From Escherichia phage SD2, in the sequence record PQ821640: a DNA stretch of 64,000 bases, one strand, 5' to 3'. Shown here in pieces: positions 54,492 through 63,253 of the stretch. Under the pieces are notes generated by a model. The model did not search any database and was not told the DNA's origin. It saw only the letters and a list, made by a program, of their open reading frames with translations. The first letter of the stretch is position 1. Each line of letters opens with the position of its first letter. The translations under genes and the position numbers were made by a program.

Positions 54492-54665
54492 ATGTTCAAA
54501 GATACCAATTATAAATGTGTACATTGTGGTAAATCTTTTGGTGATCACCAAGCTAAGACGTTCAATTGTCCACGAAAAGGGCGAGGTAGCTTTAAAGGTT
54601 TTAATCCATCCCACGTTTATTCTCCCAACTACGAGAAACCAGAAGAAGAAAAATTTGTAATCTGA
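54492..54665 (+). CDS. small zinc-ribbon-like protein (~57 aa)
   Basis: Manual ORF MFKDTNYKCVHCGK...CPRKG with RBS AAAGGAGAG; differs in frame from track ORF 54463-54660; approximate. Confidence 0.4.
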   Translation: MFKDTNYKCVHCGKSFGDHQAKTFNCPRKGRGSFKGFNPSHVYSPNYEKPEEEKFVI

Positions 54666-54674
54666 GGAGGCAAT

Positions 54675-54962
54675 ATGGAACTAGTACAAGAAGTTTATGA
54701 AAAACTAAAAGAAGAGAGTCTTGATTGGCCTGAACATGCTCTTATTGTCGTCAAAGATACTAATGGTGAAATAAAATTCTCAAGTGTGAGTGAAGACGAT
54801 GTTGTTTTAAGTCCTACAGGATATTATATGAGAGGTGTTACGTGTCTGTTCAACACCAAAGTGTATCCTGAAGTTAAACTTAGTTACGGTGAACCTGATC
54901 ATCCAGAAATCGTTACACGTAATGAATATGAAAATTATTATTTTGCTCGTGAAAGCAAATAA
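54675..54962 (+). CDS. hypothetical protein
   Basis: ORF track 95 aa; RBS GAGGAGG. Confidence 0.55.
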   Translation: MELVQEVYEKLKEESLDWPEHALIVVKDTNGEIKFSSVSEDDVVLSPTGYYMRGVTCLFNTKVYPEVKLSYGEPDHPEIVTRNEYENYYFARESK

Positions 54963-54970
54963 GGAAAACT

Positions 54971-55294
54971 ATGCAAAAAATAAATACTGGTTCTCGTCCT
55001 AAACAGAAGCAAACAAAAGCAAGGGTATCTTATGTTGATAACTCTTGTTATAATTTCAAAAATGTTAAAGAAGTTATCATTGATGAAAAAGAAGGTTTGA
55101 TTCACATTTCATCTGAACGTTTGAAAGGTAGTGTTACTCTTCGTGAGAATGTATCTATACCTATGAAAGTTGTGGTTACACTCTGTGTTGATAAGCCAGA
55201 TGTTGTTAACTACTATGTGTTCCGTGATAGTTGTATTTCATCACATAATAAGATTTTTAAATCTTCGCACGTTAAAACAAAACACATTGTATAA
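54971..55294 (+). CDS. hypothetical protein
   Basis: ORF track 107 aa. Confidence 0.55.
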   Translation: MQKINTGSRPKQKQTKARVSYVDNSCYNFKNVKEVIIDEKEGLIHISSERLKGSVTLRENVSIPMKVVVTLCVDKPDVVNYYVFRDSCISSHNKIFKSSHVKTKHIV

Positions 55295-55299
55295 CACAT

Positions 55300-55324
55300 A
55301 AACCCGCTTCGGCGGGTTTTCTTG
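55300..55324 (+). terminator. rho-independent terminator
   Basis: AAACCCGCTTCGGCGGGTTTTCTTG. Confidence 0.7.
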
Positions 55325-55379
55325 TATATACGCTCTTTATCTGTTATAAACACTTTTACCATAAACAATAGGAGGTATT

Positions 55380-55601
55380 ATGTCTGTAGTTGTAGAAGGT
55401 AGTATTGGTTTCTTAGTAGATAACCCTCACCCTTTCGTGGTTAAGGTTCATATTCAAGAAAAGGTAAGCAACAATACGTGGCTGTGCTTGTTAGATAGTA
55501 AGATACACTCTTATACAGAGGTTTATCTTCACACTTGGCAAATTGGTACAATAACAGCAGAGGATGAATTGATAATTGAACTATATGAACGAGATCTATA
55601 G
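55380..55601 (+). CDS. hypothetical protein
   Basis: ORF track 73 aa; RBS AGGAGG. Confidence 0.55.
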   Translation: MSVVVEGSIGFLVDNPHPFVVKVHIQEKVSNNTWLCLLDSKIHSYTEVYLHTWQIGTITAEDELIIELYERDL

Positions 55602-55668
55602 ATGACTTTATTAGAGAGTATAGTAGTGTTAATCATCTTTATCATTGTTGTCATAGGATATTTTACAG

Positions 55669-55705
55669 AAGACTAAAATAAAGCCCCTAGAATCGCTTCT
55701 AGGGG
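55669..55705 (+). terminator. rho-independent terminator at end of plus-strand block
   Basis: AAAGCCCCTAGAATCGCTTCTAGGGGCTTTTGTTTG. Confidence 0.7.
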
Positions 55706-55776
55706 CTTTTGTTTGTATTAGGTAGGGAAACGTATTACTAAAATAAAAAGTGCGTTAGAATGCGTTACAGGAGGTT

Positions 55777-56034
55777 TTAGGAATGCATAAAATCTTCTTC
55801 AGGGCAGGTTGAGAGATAAGAGATGCACGTTGGGACAACAACAACATTGTCTTTAAGGTTTTCAACCAAGCCTTTTGTAATCCCAGCCACTGCCCCGTTA
55901 ATATCTGCTTGACGGATACCAAAGCCTTGTTGTGCGGATAGATAACAAAATCCCTCACCTTTCTGTTGATTGTTATTGAAGTAATAAACGTAGTGCATCA
56001 TAAAATGGTCTTTAACGATTTGTTCTGTGGTCAT
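55777..56034 (-). CDS. hypothetical protein
   Basis: ORF track 85 aa. Confidence 0.5.
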   Translation of the reverse strand: MTTEQIVKDHFMMHYVYYFNNNQQKGEGFCYLSAQQGFGIRQADINGAVAGITKGLVENLKDNVVVVPTCISYLSTCPEEDFMHS

Positions 56035-56045
56035 AATATTCTCCT

Positions 56046-56072
56046 ATAAGAAAAGGGGCTTTCGCCCCCTTG
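56046..56072 (-). terminator. rho-independent terminator after Sir2-like gene
   Basis: GGGGGCGAAAGCCCC hairpin then TTTTCTTAT on minus strand. Confidence 0.6.
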
Positions 56073-56078
56073 GTTAAG

Positions 56079-56891
56079 TTATTTAGTCAAATGATCTTCT
56101 ATCATTTTTATGAAAGCAGGATTGCTAAAAGCATCTGCGGCCTTTTCTCGATAAACAAAGACTCCTCTATCTTCGTAAAGAAGAGTTTCTTCGTAATTAA
56201 TTCCTGGGTTAACAACAATCATTTTTGTACCCATATTAAGTGCAGGGAATAATTCCCAATTAAAATTGATAACTTGGTTTGAACATCCTACTACTACAAC
56301 CAAATCTTGCATGGTCAAAGTATCAAACAAGTGAGCCATATCTGCATACAAAGGTGCAGCCTCACCAAAAAATACAACATTAGGCTTCACCCAGTTGTAA
56401 TCATCTATGTTTATACTGTTGTAACCAATATCTACCAGTGTTTTGTAATCCCCAGGATGCATACGGTAAACTACTTCAGGAAGATATCCGTGCACGTGGA
56501 TAACAGAATCCCTGTCTACACCTGCTCGCTCTAGTAGATCATCAACGTTTGTTGTCAAGTTTACTACTTGGTTAGGATATTCCTTAAACCACTTTGCTAT
56601 TTGAATATGTGCAGCATTAGGTTGTACATCTTTAAGCTCAACACGTCTTTTGTTATAAAATTCGTGTGTTTTGGCATACAAATCCATACCGTTTTCGTCT
56701 ACACCACCAACCACTGGAAGATCTGGTGATGTTCTCACACGATAACCTGCTTGGAAAGCTCCAATATCGCAGATCTCTTCTAAATCCCATTCTTCCCATA
56801 AGGCACGACCACTATCTGTGTCTGTTCGGAATGTTCGAATCCCACTGTCTGCACTTAAACCAGCTCCACTAACAAAAATTACTCTTCGCAT
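56079..56891 (-). CDS. Sir2-family (sirtuin-like) NAD-dependent protein
   Basis: 270 aa; FVSGAGLSADSGIRTFR (GAGxS..SGIxTFR), TTNVDDLLERAG, HVHG motifs of the Sir2 fold. Confidence 0.75.
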   Translation of the reverse strand: MRRVIFVSGAGLSADSGIRTFRTDTDSGRALWEEWDLEEICDIGAFQAGYRVRTSPDLPVVGGVDENGMDLYAKTHEFYNKRRVELKDVQPNAAHIQIAKWFKEYPNQVVNLTTNVDDLLERAGVDRDSVIHVHGYLPEVVYRMHPGDYKTLVDIGYNSINIDDYNWVKPNVVFFGEAAPLYADMAHLFDTLTMQDLVVVVGCSNQVINFNWELFPALNMGTKMIVVNPGINYEETLLYEDRGVFVYREKAADAFSNPAFIKMIEDHLTK

Positions 56892-57448
56892 TCAATATCC
56901 TCTTCGTAATCATCATACCAAGAAGATGCGTCGTAACGCTCTTCCTCTTCAAAATCCCAATTAATTTCTACTCCAAAATCTAAAAACAATTTAACAATGT
57001 TTTCTGTAGAATAGTATTTATCATAAGCGTTAGCTAGTTCCCAATACTTATCACTCAATTTTTTATAATTAGGATCATTATAATCATGAGCTACTTTATC
57101 ACCATAATCATACATCTCTTGTTCAGCTTTAAGCATAGCTTCTGGTGTAAGAAGATTAGGGAACGGACGATTTCTTTCTTTTAACTTAGAAGCAATCCAG
57201 TTTGCAACATTCGCCACTTCACCATCTCGATTATCACCTAAACAACTTGCATAATCTCCATCTTCGTAAGTGCCTAAATCCCCACTGACTTCATGTACAA
57301 TAGATGAATACGATCCACACGTTTCACAATCTGAAAAAGTGTCTACTGTTGTAATATCAATAGATAAAACTGGTAAAGCCATAGCTTCTTTCACACAAGC
57401 CTCCTCATATAATAACATATCATCAAAACCCATATATCCTCCAGACAA
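56879..57448 (-). CDS. hypothetical acidic protein
   Basis: ORF track 189 aa. Confidence 0.5.
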   Translation of the reverse strand: MSGGYMGFDDMLLYEEACVKEAMALPVLSIDITTVDTFSDCETCGSYSSIVHEVSGDLGTYEDGDYASCLGDNRDGEVANVANWIASKLKERNRPFPNLLTPEAMLKAEQEMYDYGDKVAHDYNDPNYKKLSDKYWELANAYDKYYSTENIVKLFLDFGVEINWDFEEEERYDASSWYDDYEEDIECEE

Positions 57449-57452
57449 ATAA

Positions 57453-57472
57453 AGCCCCTGGTTGGGGGCTTT
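57453..57472 (-). terminator. terminator-like hairpin
   Basis: AGCCCCTGGTTGGGGGCT followed on minus strand by TTTATTTG. Confidence 0.5.
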
Positions 57473-57488
57473 GGTTAAGTTTTACGGA

Positions 57489-58100
57489 TTATACCAGACT
57501 TTTAAGGTAGTTGTCAAGTGCTTCTTGATCACCTTGACAAACATAGCAACGGAAGTCTTGAGCAGAAGGTTCTTTGTCCTCTTCCCAATCCCAATAGACA
57601 GTACCTTTGTAGCGTGAACCTGGGAACTCGAAGTACGCTACATGGGTAATATGGTGTGGGCCACCCCAAAACTCTGTAAAAGTAAATTGAGGATACGCTG
57701 CTTTAACTGTATTTTCAAACCAAGTTTTACGATCTAATGCTTCGTTTATAAAATAAGCATGGCGTTCCATTTCATCCCAATCTTTCCAAACGCATTTTTC
57801 ATCCAAAGAAAAAACAAAATTCTCACTGTTAAAATCGTCTGTATCTGATTCCAAAATATCATAATCATGTGCGCTAGGTATCCACCATCCAGCTTCTAAT
57901 AGTGCTTTCGCAGGTACAAAACCTTTTTCAGCGTATTGATCAAATTCTTTTACTCTACGTACAGTGCAGTATTCATCTTCACCACCAATGTCCAGTATAC
58001 AAGCGCCTTTGCGTCTTGCTGCAAGACCATGTGTATCAAAAACTACAACACTACCTTCACCATCTTCACGATCTACTTGATATGCAACTTTTTGAGTCAT
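57489..58100 (-). CDS. hypothetical protein
   Basis: ORF track 203 aa. Confidence 0.5.
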   Translation of the reverse strand: MTQKVAYQVDREDGEGSVVVFDTHGLAARRKGACILDIGGEDEYCTVRRVKEFDQYAEKGFVPAKALLEAGWWIPSAHDYDILESDTDDFNSENFVFSLDEKCVWKDWDEMERHAYFINEALDRKTWFENTVKAAYPQFTFTEFWGGPHHITHVAYFEFPGSRYKGTVYWDWEEDKEPSAQDFRCYVCQGDQEALDNYLKSLV

Positions 58101-58120
58101 ATTACCCCCAATGTATATGG

Positions 58121-58219
58121 GAAATTAACCAAAAGATAAATTCCCAAAAACACCAACCAAGAAAAGTTAATGGAATTATAAAAGCTATCAAAGCAGTCTT
58201 CCAGCCTTTCCACAATGTT
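58121..58219 (-). CDS. tiny membrane peptide (~32 aa)
   Basis: Manual ORF METLWKGWKTALIAFIIPLTF... with GGAGG RBS; approximate. Confidence 0.3.
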
Positions 58220-58223
58220 TCCA

Positions 58224-59213
58224 TCATTCCTCCATACACTTAAGAATATGTGCAATGACAGGTATAGTCCAACCATTACCTAACATCTTATATGCTTGTG
58301 TGTTACTACTTACTTTAAAGTAATCATCTGGAACACCTTGTAAGCGGCAACACTCTTTAACCGTTAACTTTCTATAATGCACACCTTCACTCAATTTTTC
58401 AAAGGCATCCAGATATCTTCCAGGTGGAATGTAAGCTAATAGTACGTCTTTCGGCACAGTCGTGAGGCAACGAGTTTTTTCACTGTCCTGAACTTCCAAG
58501 CAATGTACCAAACGATCAGTTTTAGATGTACTACGTTTGCCATTTTCATTAATTCTACGCCCATATATTGCCGCTGGATAAAAAACCAGTTGTCTGCGAC
58601 TCTTTTCAAAATACTGTTCTATATTACCACCTTTGGCATAATTTGCATCTATGCAATACGCCTTGTCCCTGTCTACAATACTATCATCTTCAATGATATC
58701 TTGCAACACTTCATTGGTAATATCCCAAGGCTTTATTTCCCAATTGCACCAGTATAAACGTTGTCTATTCTGTGCCGTGAAATCTGCGGAGTTAATGAAC
58801 ACAGGATCAACACCTAAGTAACTTGTGATCACGTTTTCCCACTCCACCTTCATCTTAACGTTTTCAAGCATGAACTTAACATTAGGGTTAAACTTTTTAA
58901 TATGTTCAAGGATTTCAACATATTCAAAGAACAGTTTAGATCGCGGATCTTGAAAGTTCAAACCCTTACCAGAAGAAGAGAAGCCTTGGCACGGACTACC
59001 ACCTAGCAAAAGATCAATTTCTCCCCACGGGATATCCCATTCTCTCCATTTTGTAACATCACCTAATTGAACAATATCTGGAAAATTGGCTTGGCTTTCA
59101 GCTATGGCAAATTTGTCCAACTCTGAAGCATAATACTTATCTACTTCAATACCTGCACTTTTTAGTGCAAGCATTCCTCCTGACATACCATCAAAAAGAC
59201 TTAAAACTTTCAT
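58224..59213 (-). CDS. DNA (cytosine-5)-methyltransferase
   Basis: 329 aa; motif I FDGMSGG, motif IV GGSPCQGFS, motif VI ENV, QNRQR. Confidence 0.85.
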   Translation of the reverse strand: MKVLSLFDGMSGGMLALKSAGIEVDKYYASELDKFAIAESQANFPDIVQLGDVTKWREWDIPWGEIDLLLGGSPCQGFSSSGKGLNFQDPRSKLFFEYVEILEHIKKFNPNVKFMLENVKMKVEWENVITSYLGVDPVFINSADFTAQNRQRLYWCNWEIKPWDITNEVLQDIIEDDSIVDRDKAYCIDANYAKGGNIEQYFEKSRRQLVFYPAAIYGRRINENGKRSTSKTDRLVHCLEVQDSEKTRCLTTVPKDVLLAYIPPGRYLDAFEKLSEGVHYRKLTVKECCRLQGVPDDYFKVSSNTQAYKMLGNGWTIPVIAHILKCMEE

Positions 59214-59626
59214 TATTGCTTCTTCTCCTTAACACTAGCTGGTAATTCTGCCTTAAGGCAGAAGTTTAAACGGTAAGCCTCATTTTCATTTAAAAGTACA
59301 GATTCACACGATAACCAGAACAAGAGATCCTCAATACTAGGACTGTGAAGCCAACAGTGCAGAAGAGAATGTTGTTCTATATCAATGTAATTTAGCAACA
59401 AGCCTTGTAAGGCGTAACTAGTTCCTGTCGTTTTTGCTTTTTCAAGGATGATATTGTGTTTACTAACAACCTTCTTTCTAAGACCAAACCATTTATTAAC
59501 AACAACAGTCTCTTCTTGTAGTTGTTTTCTTATTTTCTCACATTCTTTAACTACAATCTGCATCTTATCCACTGCTGATTGAAGTTGTTCTTTTGTTGGG
59601 TTTACAAAATAGTCACTATAATACAT
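59213..59626 (-). CDS. hypothetical protein
   Basis: ORF track 137 aa. Confidence 0.5.
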   Translation of the reverse strand: MYYSDYFVNPTKEQLQSAVDKMQIVVKECEKIRKQLQEETVVVNKWFGLRKKVVSKHNIILEKAKTTGTSYALQGLLLNYIDIEQHSLLHCWLHSPSIEDLLFWLSCESVLLNENEAYRLNFCLKAELPASVKEKKQ

Positions 59627-59683
59627 ACTAATCTCCTCTTCTGTTTTTGTGTAGTTTATTCGAAAAAACTGGTGTTGTCAACA

Positions 59684-59710
59684 AAAAACCCGCCGAAGCG
59701 GGTTTATATT
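59684..59710 (-). terminator. rho-independent terminator
   Basis: AACCCGCCGAAGCGGGTT with T-run on minus strand. Confidence 0.6.
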
Positions 59711-59966
59711 ATTCTACAGGAATTTCTTCACCAAGAGAAACTTCCAAACGGAATGCTTTACTTTCAATACATTCACTACCTTTTAAGAAATCGAATTGCA
59801 CTATAGACTGACTTAATAGAATAGATAGAATCACATCGCAATCTTCACTAGGAGCCAGATGTTTGTATTCTTCCTTCAAGGTAACATCATAAAAACATAA
59901 ATCCCCTACTCCTAGTTCATCCCATCCTTCCCACGCATCTACAAAGTTAAACTCTAAACCTTTCAT
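59709..59966 (-). CDS. hypothetical protein
   Basis: ORF track 85 aa. Confidence 0.45.
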   Translation of the reverse strand: MKGLEFNFVDAWEGWDELGVGDLCFYDVTLKEEYKHLAPSEDCDVILSILLSQSIVQFDFLKGSECIESKAFRLEVSLGEEIPVE

Positions 59967-60487
59967 ACAACCTCCTCGTAATTGTTATTGTGTTTTACTG
60001 TCTCAACATACAATAAAGATTCCATCTGTAAGACATTACCAGAAATAATAAATCCATAAGCCATTTCAGATGTGTCTATATCATACGCCCCGTCTTCCGG
60101 TTTAGCAAAGTGTAAAACTATTTCATCTGGGTTTTCTTCATCCCATATTTTAGAAATTTTCCGAACCAGAATATTAGCTAAAATAGTTGACATTCGGGAT
60201 AAAGCTGTATCCTCGTATCTTTTAAAACCTAACCAATAGAGGTTAAGAATTTCTACTTCTTCTTGTGTTAAGTTTTTGTCTAAAGTAATCAGATCTGTAG
60301 GATACATCGTTTTTGTTGAATCTACTATTACAAAACCTGGAGTGTTATGAAAAACAATCTTAACTTTATCACGTATGAAGTTTAAACCTTGTGCCTCAAC
60401 TATATATTGTATTGTAGGTACAATATCGTTTGTTACATCAATAAAGCTATCTTTAATGACGCTTATATTATTTCTGGACAAGACCAT
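59963..60487 (-). CDS. hypothetical protein
   Basis: ORF track 174 aa. Confidence 0.5.
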   Translation of the reverse strand: MVLSRNNISVIKDSFIDVTNDIVPTIQYIVEAQGLNFIRDKVKIVFHNTPGFVIVDSTKTMYPTDLITLDKNLTQEEVEILNLYWLGFKRYEDTALSRMSTILANILVRKISKIWDEENPDEIVLHFAKPEDGAYDIDTSEMAYGFIISGNVLQMESLLYVETVKHNNNYEEVV

Positions 60488-61046
60488 TCTCCTCTAAAAT
60501 AGGTTTAATAAATTCGAAGATTTGTTTTTTACTTTTACCTCGAATATTAAAACAAGGAACATTAAACTTTTTAGCCAACATCCAAGCTGTTCTTGTACCA
60601 CCTAAAGGATCTCCATTTTTATCTGTATTTGCACAAGCTAAAAGAAAACAAGATGGTTTTGGATTCTCAAGATCTCTGCCAAGAACTTGGTGGATATTCC
60701 TTTGATGTAATTTTTTAGCACCTTGAGATAATCTGTCCCAAGCAGGATGCAATTCTTTTGCATATTGCAAGGTTAGAGCATAGTTTACACTATCTGGTCT
60801 GTCAAGAACAATAACCTCTCCCTCTATCTCATTACCTTTAAACGAAGGCCAAGGAATGTATATTTCTTTCTTTGTATTGTTTCCACTATCATATACCCCG
60901 CATTCAAATGCGGAATCTGCGCCTTCTGCTTTACCAGATCGTAAAATGAACCATGTAGATAACCATTTGGCAACAGCTACCATAGTGTCCCATTCTTCGT
61001 CTGTAATATCTCTGCTACCAACACCTGTGTAGAATAAATCGCTCAT
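60468..61046 (-). CDS. hypothetical protein (possible DprA/SLOG-like Rossmann domain)
   Basis: Start at MSDLFYTGVGSR with AAGGAG RBS; GVGSR...SGKAEGADSA pattern; tentative. Confidence 0.4.
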   Translation of the reverse strand: MSDLFYTGVGSRDITDEEWDTMVAVAKWLSTWFILRSGKAEGADSAFECGVYDSGNNTKKEIYIPWPSFKGNEIEGEVIVLDRPDSVNYALTLQYAKELHPAWDRLSQGAKKLHQRNIHQVLGRDLENPKPSCFLLACANTDKNGDPLGGTRTAWMLAKKFNVPCFNIRGKSKKQIFEFIKPILEENGLVQK

Positions 61047-61056
61047 GGTTTTCTCC

Positions 61057-61377
61057 TTAACAAGTAATATTGGGAATAATACTGGGAGTAACAATTGGAG
61101 TAATAGGGTACGTAAACCAAGGGCTTCCAATTTCCCAAGGACTATAAGGTGTACGAGGATCAAATGGAGGCGTTACTTGAGGCTTTTTCCAAATCTCCGC
61201 TAGTTGTTTCTTCCATTTATCCCTTGCTGTATCGTTATCTTCATCCAACTGTTCGTCATTATCTTTTATTTCTGATTTTGGAAATAAAAGCTCTTTGACT
61301 AACTCAACGTCTTCCGTTTCAATAGTAGTTTCTTTCGTAATATTCCCTACCGTCTCTTTAATTGTGACTTTATACAT
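61057..61377 (-). CDS. hypothetical protein
   Basis: ORF track 106 aa. Confidence 0.45.
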   Translation of the reverse strand: MYKVTIKETVGNITKETTIETEDVELVKELLFPKSEIKDNDEQLDEDNDTARDKWKKQLAEIWKKPQVTPPFDPRTPYSPWEIGSPWFTYPITPIVTPSIIPNITC

Positions 61378-62123
61378 TAGTCCTCCTCTAAAGTAGAATA
61401 AAATTGTAACGTATTTGAATCATCAAAATATGCAAAGGTTAAATTACCATTGAACACAGATCCAGTATCCATATATACCCTATTACTGCTAATTACAGGT
61501 TTAGGAACATAAGAATGCCCGTGAAATACATAATCTACTCCTGAAACTCTAGGAAGAAGAATCCCTTCAAGGGCGCAATCTATCATATCACGATCCCACA
61601 TTAAAGATTCTGTGAATCGAGATACTTGTTCTTTATTCATATTCGAACAAAATGGCAAAACTTCCGTCACTGGTAGATGTTCCAAAACTGAAGGATATCC
61701 TCCGTGAATAAAGCCTAGTTTCATATTACGATAGTTGACAACAAGTACAACAGGTAAATCTTCTAGCATCAAAGCAAGAGCAGTTGCACCTTCTTCTCCA
61801 CACTCATTTAGAACTGTATGGCCTCCGTTCTGAAACCAACATTCGTAATATCGCCTATCACCTTCTAGCAACCCTTTAATCATCATATCTTCGTGATTTC
61901 CACGAATAGCATAGCGATTTAGCTTTCTGGTGAATTCAACGGTACAACGAAAATTCTGCTTGCCGCGATCTGTAAGATCTCCTAAAGATACAACAACATC
62001 TTGATCTCGAATACCTAAAGTATTAACACCTTTCTGGTATAAATCAAAGCAACCATGTAAATCACCAATAATAAACAGGTCTTGATCATCTTTTACACTA
62101 ATTTCTTGATATACTAGCATCAA
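61377..62123 (-). CDS. Ser/Thr protein phosphatase (calcineurin-like metallophosphoesterase)
   Basis: 248 aa; GDLHG, GDLTDRG, GNHE motifs. Confidence 0.85.
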   Translation of the reverse strand: MMLVYQEISVKDDQDLFIIGDLHGCFDLYQKGVNTLGIRDQDVVVSLGDLTDRGKQNFRCTVEFTRKLNRYAIRGNHEDMMIKGLLEGDRRYYECWFQNGGHTVLNECGEEGATALALMLEDLPVVLVVNYRNMKLGFIHGGYPSVLEHLPVTEVLPFCSNMNKEQVSRFTESLMWDRDMIDCALEGILLPRVSGVDYVFHGHSYVPKPVISSNRVYMDTGSVFNGNLTFAYFDDSNTLQFYSTLEED

Positions 62124-62446
62124 CTCTCCTCAAAATCCATAAGTATAAAGATATTAACTTTACCTTCTATATTATGTTCTACAACAAGATCTGCAAATTC
62201 TTTGTAGGCTTTTTCTTCTATTTGCTCAATGTGAGACGCTACATCTTTGTATATAGCGTCACCATCTACTTTAACAAGGAGGAATAGAGATCTTACCTCA
62301 ATCTCTTTATTTTTACGGGGTAGAAAATCGACGGCTTCTTGTATACGCCAGCCGAGATACCCTGGAGTCCTTTGAATATCCTCCAAATGACTTTCTAAGA
62401 TTTCCCTTCCTTTGTCTATTAAAGCCTGTTCTGTCGTTATTTTCAT
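62120..62446 (-). CDS. hypothetical protein
   Basis: ORF track 108 aa. Confidence 0.5.
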   Translation of the reverse strand: MKITTEQALIDKGREILESHLEDIQRTPGYLGWRIQEAVDFLPRKNKEIEVRSLFLLVKVDGDAIYKDVASHIEQIEEKAYKEFADLVVEHNIEGKVNIFILMDFEES

Positions 62447-62456
62447 CCCCTTCTCC

Positions 62457-63029
62457 TTAATGTGTTAATGAAACTGCGTAACTAAACACAGGTTCAGATA
62501 TTACATCGGCTACAGTAATAAAAACGTCCTCATCTTGCGTTGTTTCTACACGACATACAGTTACACCATTTACCACAAATTCAACGCAATGTGGAATATC
62601 TTCACAAACGAATGTAGTGTAAGTAACACCCAAAGCATCATACAAAGATTTAACAGTATTTGCAAGTGCCGCAGTTTCTTCTTTTTCTGAAACAATGAAT
62701 GCTGTAACAACAAGATTGTTTGCATAGTTTAGACTGTCCTCTATAGCCAATGATTTACAAGGTAGTAATGCAAAATATTTACCTGGTTTAATCAGACCTG
62801 CTTCCCATTGATTCAAAATTGCCTGGGATGGTTTAGTAATATAAAACAGATTTTCACTTGGGTTATCAATATTACTTCTGGCAATACAACGTGAAGGATT
62901 ATTAATATCAAACACATGATCAAAATCTACACAAACTGGTAAACTGAAAGGTGTAAATTTTTTACCTAATAATCCTACTGCTGACAATATGTTTGCTGTG
63001 CTTATCTTCCCGTTAAAAGCTAAACGCAT
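62457..63029 (-). CDS. hypothetical protein
   Basis: ORF track 190 aa. Confidence 0.5.
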   Translation of the reverse strand: MRLAFNGKISTANILSAVGLLGKKFTPFSLPVCVDFDHVFDINNPSRCIARSNIDNPSENLFYITKPSQAILNQWEAGLIKPGKYFALLPCKSLAIEDSLNYANNLVVTAFIVSEKEETAALANTVKSLYDALGVTYTTFVCEDIPHCVEFVVNGVTVCRVETTQDEDVFITVADVISEPVFSYAVSLTH

Positions 63030-63040
63030 ATTTAACTCCT

Positions 63041-63244
63041 TTAACTAGCAACCGTAACTTCCGAACTTTCTTCTTTCGTACTATCTACGATATGCCTGGT
63101 GGCAATATACGAGACTTGCCAGTTACCATCTGGTGTAGTCTCAATAAGTACCCTATCTACTTCGAGAAAATGCAAAAATTCAACCATCGCTCGCTTCGAT
63201 AGGAATTGTTTTTTAACAGTCTCCTCAAAAGATTGAACTGCCAT
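63041..63244 (-). CDS. hypothetical protein
   Basis: ORF track 67 aa. Confidence 0.45.
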   Translation of the reverse strand: MAVQSFEETVKKQFLSKRAMVEFLHFLEVDRVLIETTPDGNWQVSYIATRHIVDSTKEESSEVTVAS

Positions 63245-63253
63245 GTTTCCTCC

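Noticed and set aside
54463-54660. Track ORF 54463-54660 (65 aa)
   Set aside because: The overlapping frame beginning near 54492 has a good RBS (AAAGGAGAG) and a zinc-ribbon-like CxxC...CxxC product, so the track frame is likely a shadow ORF.
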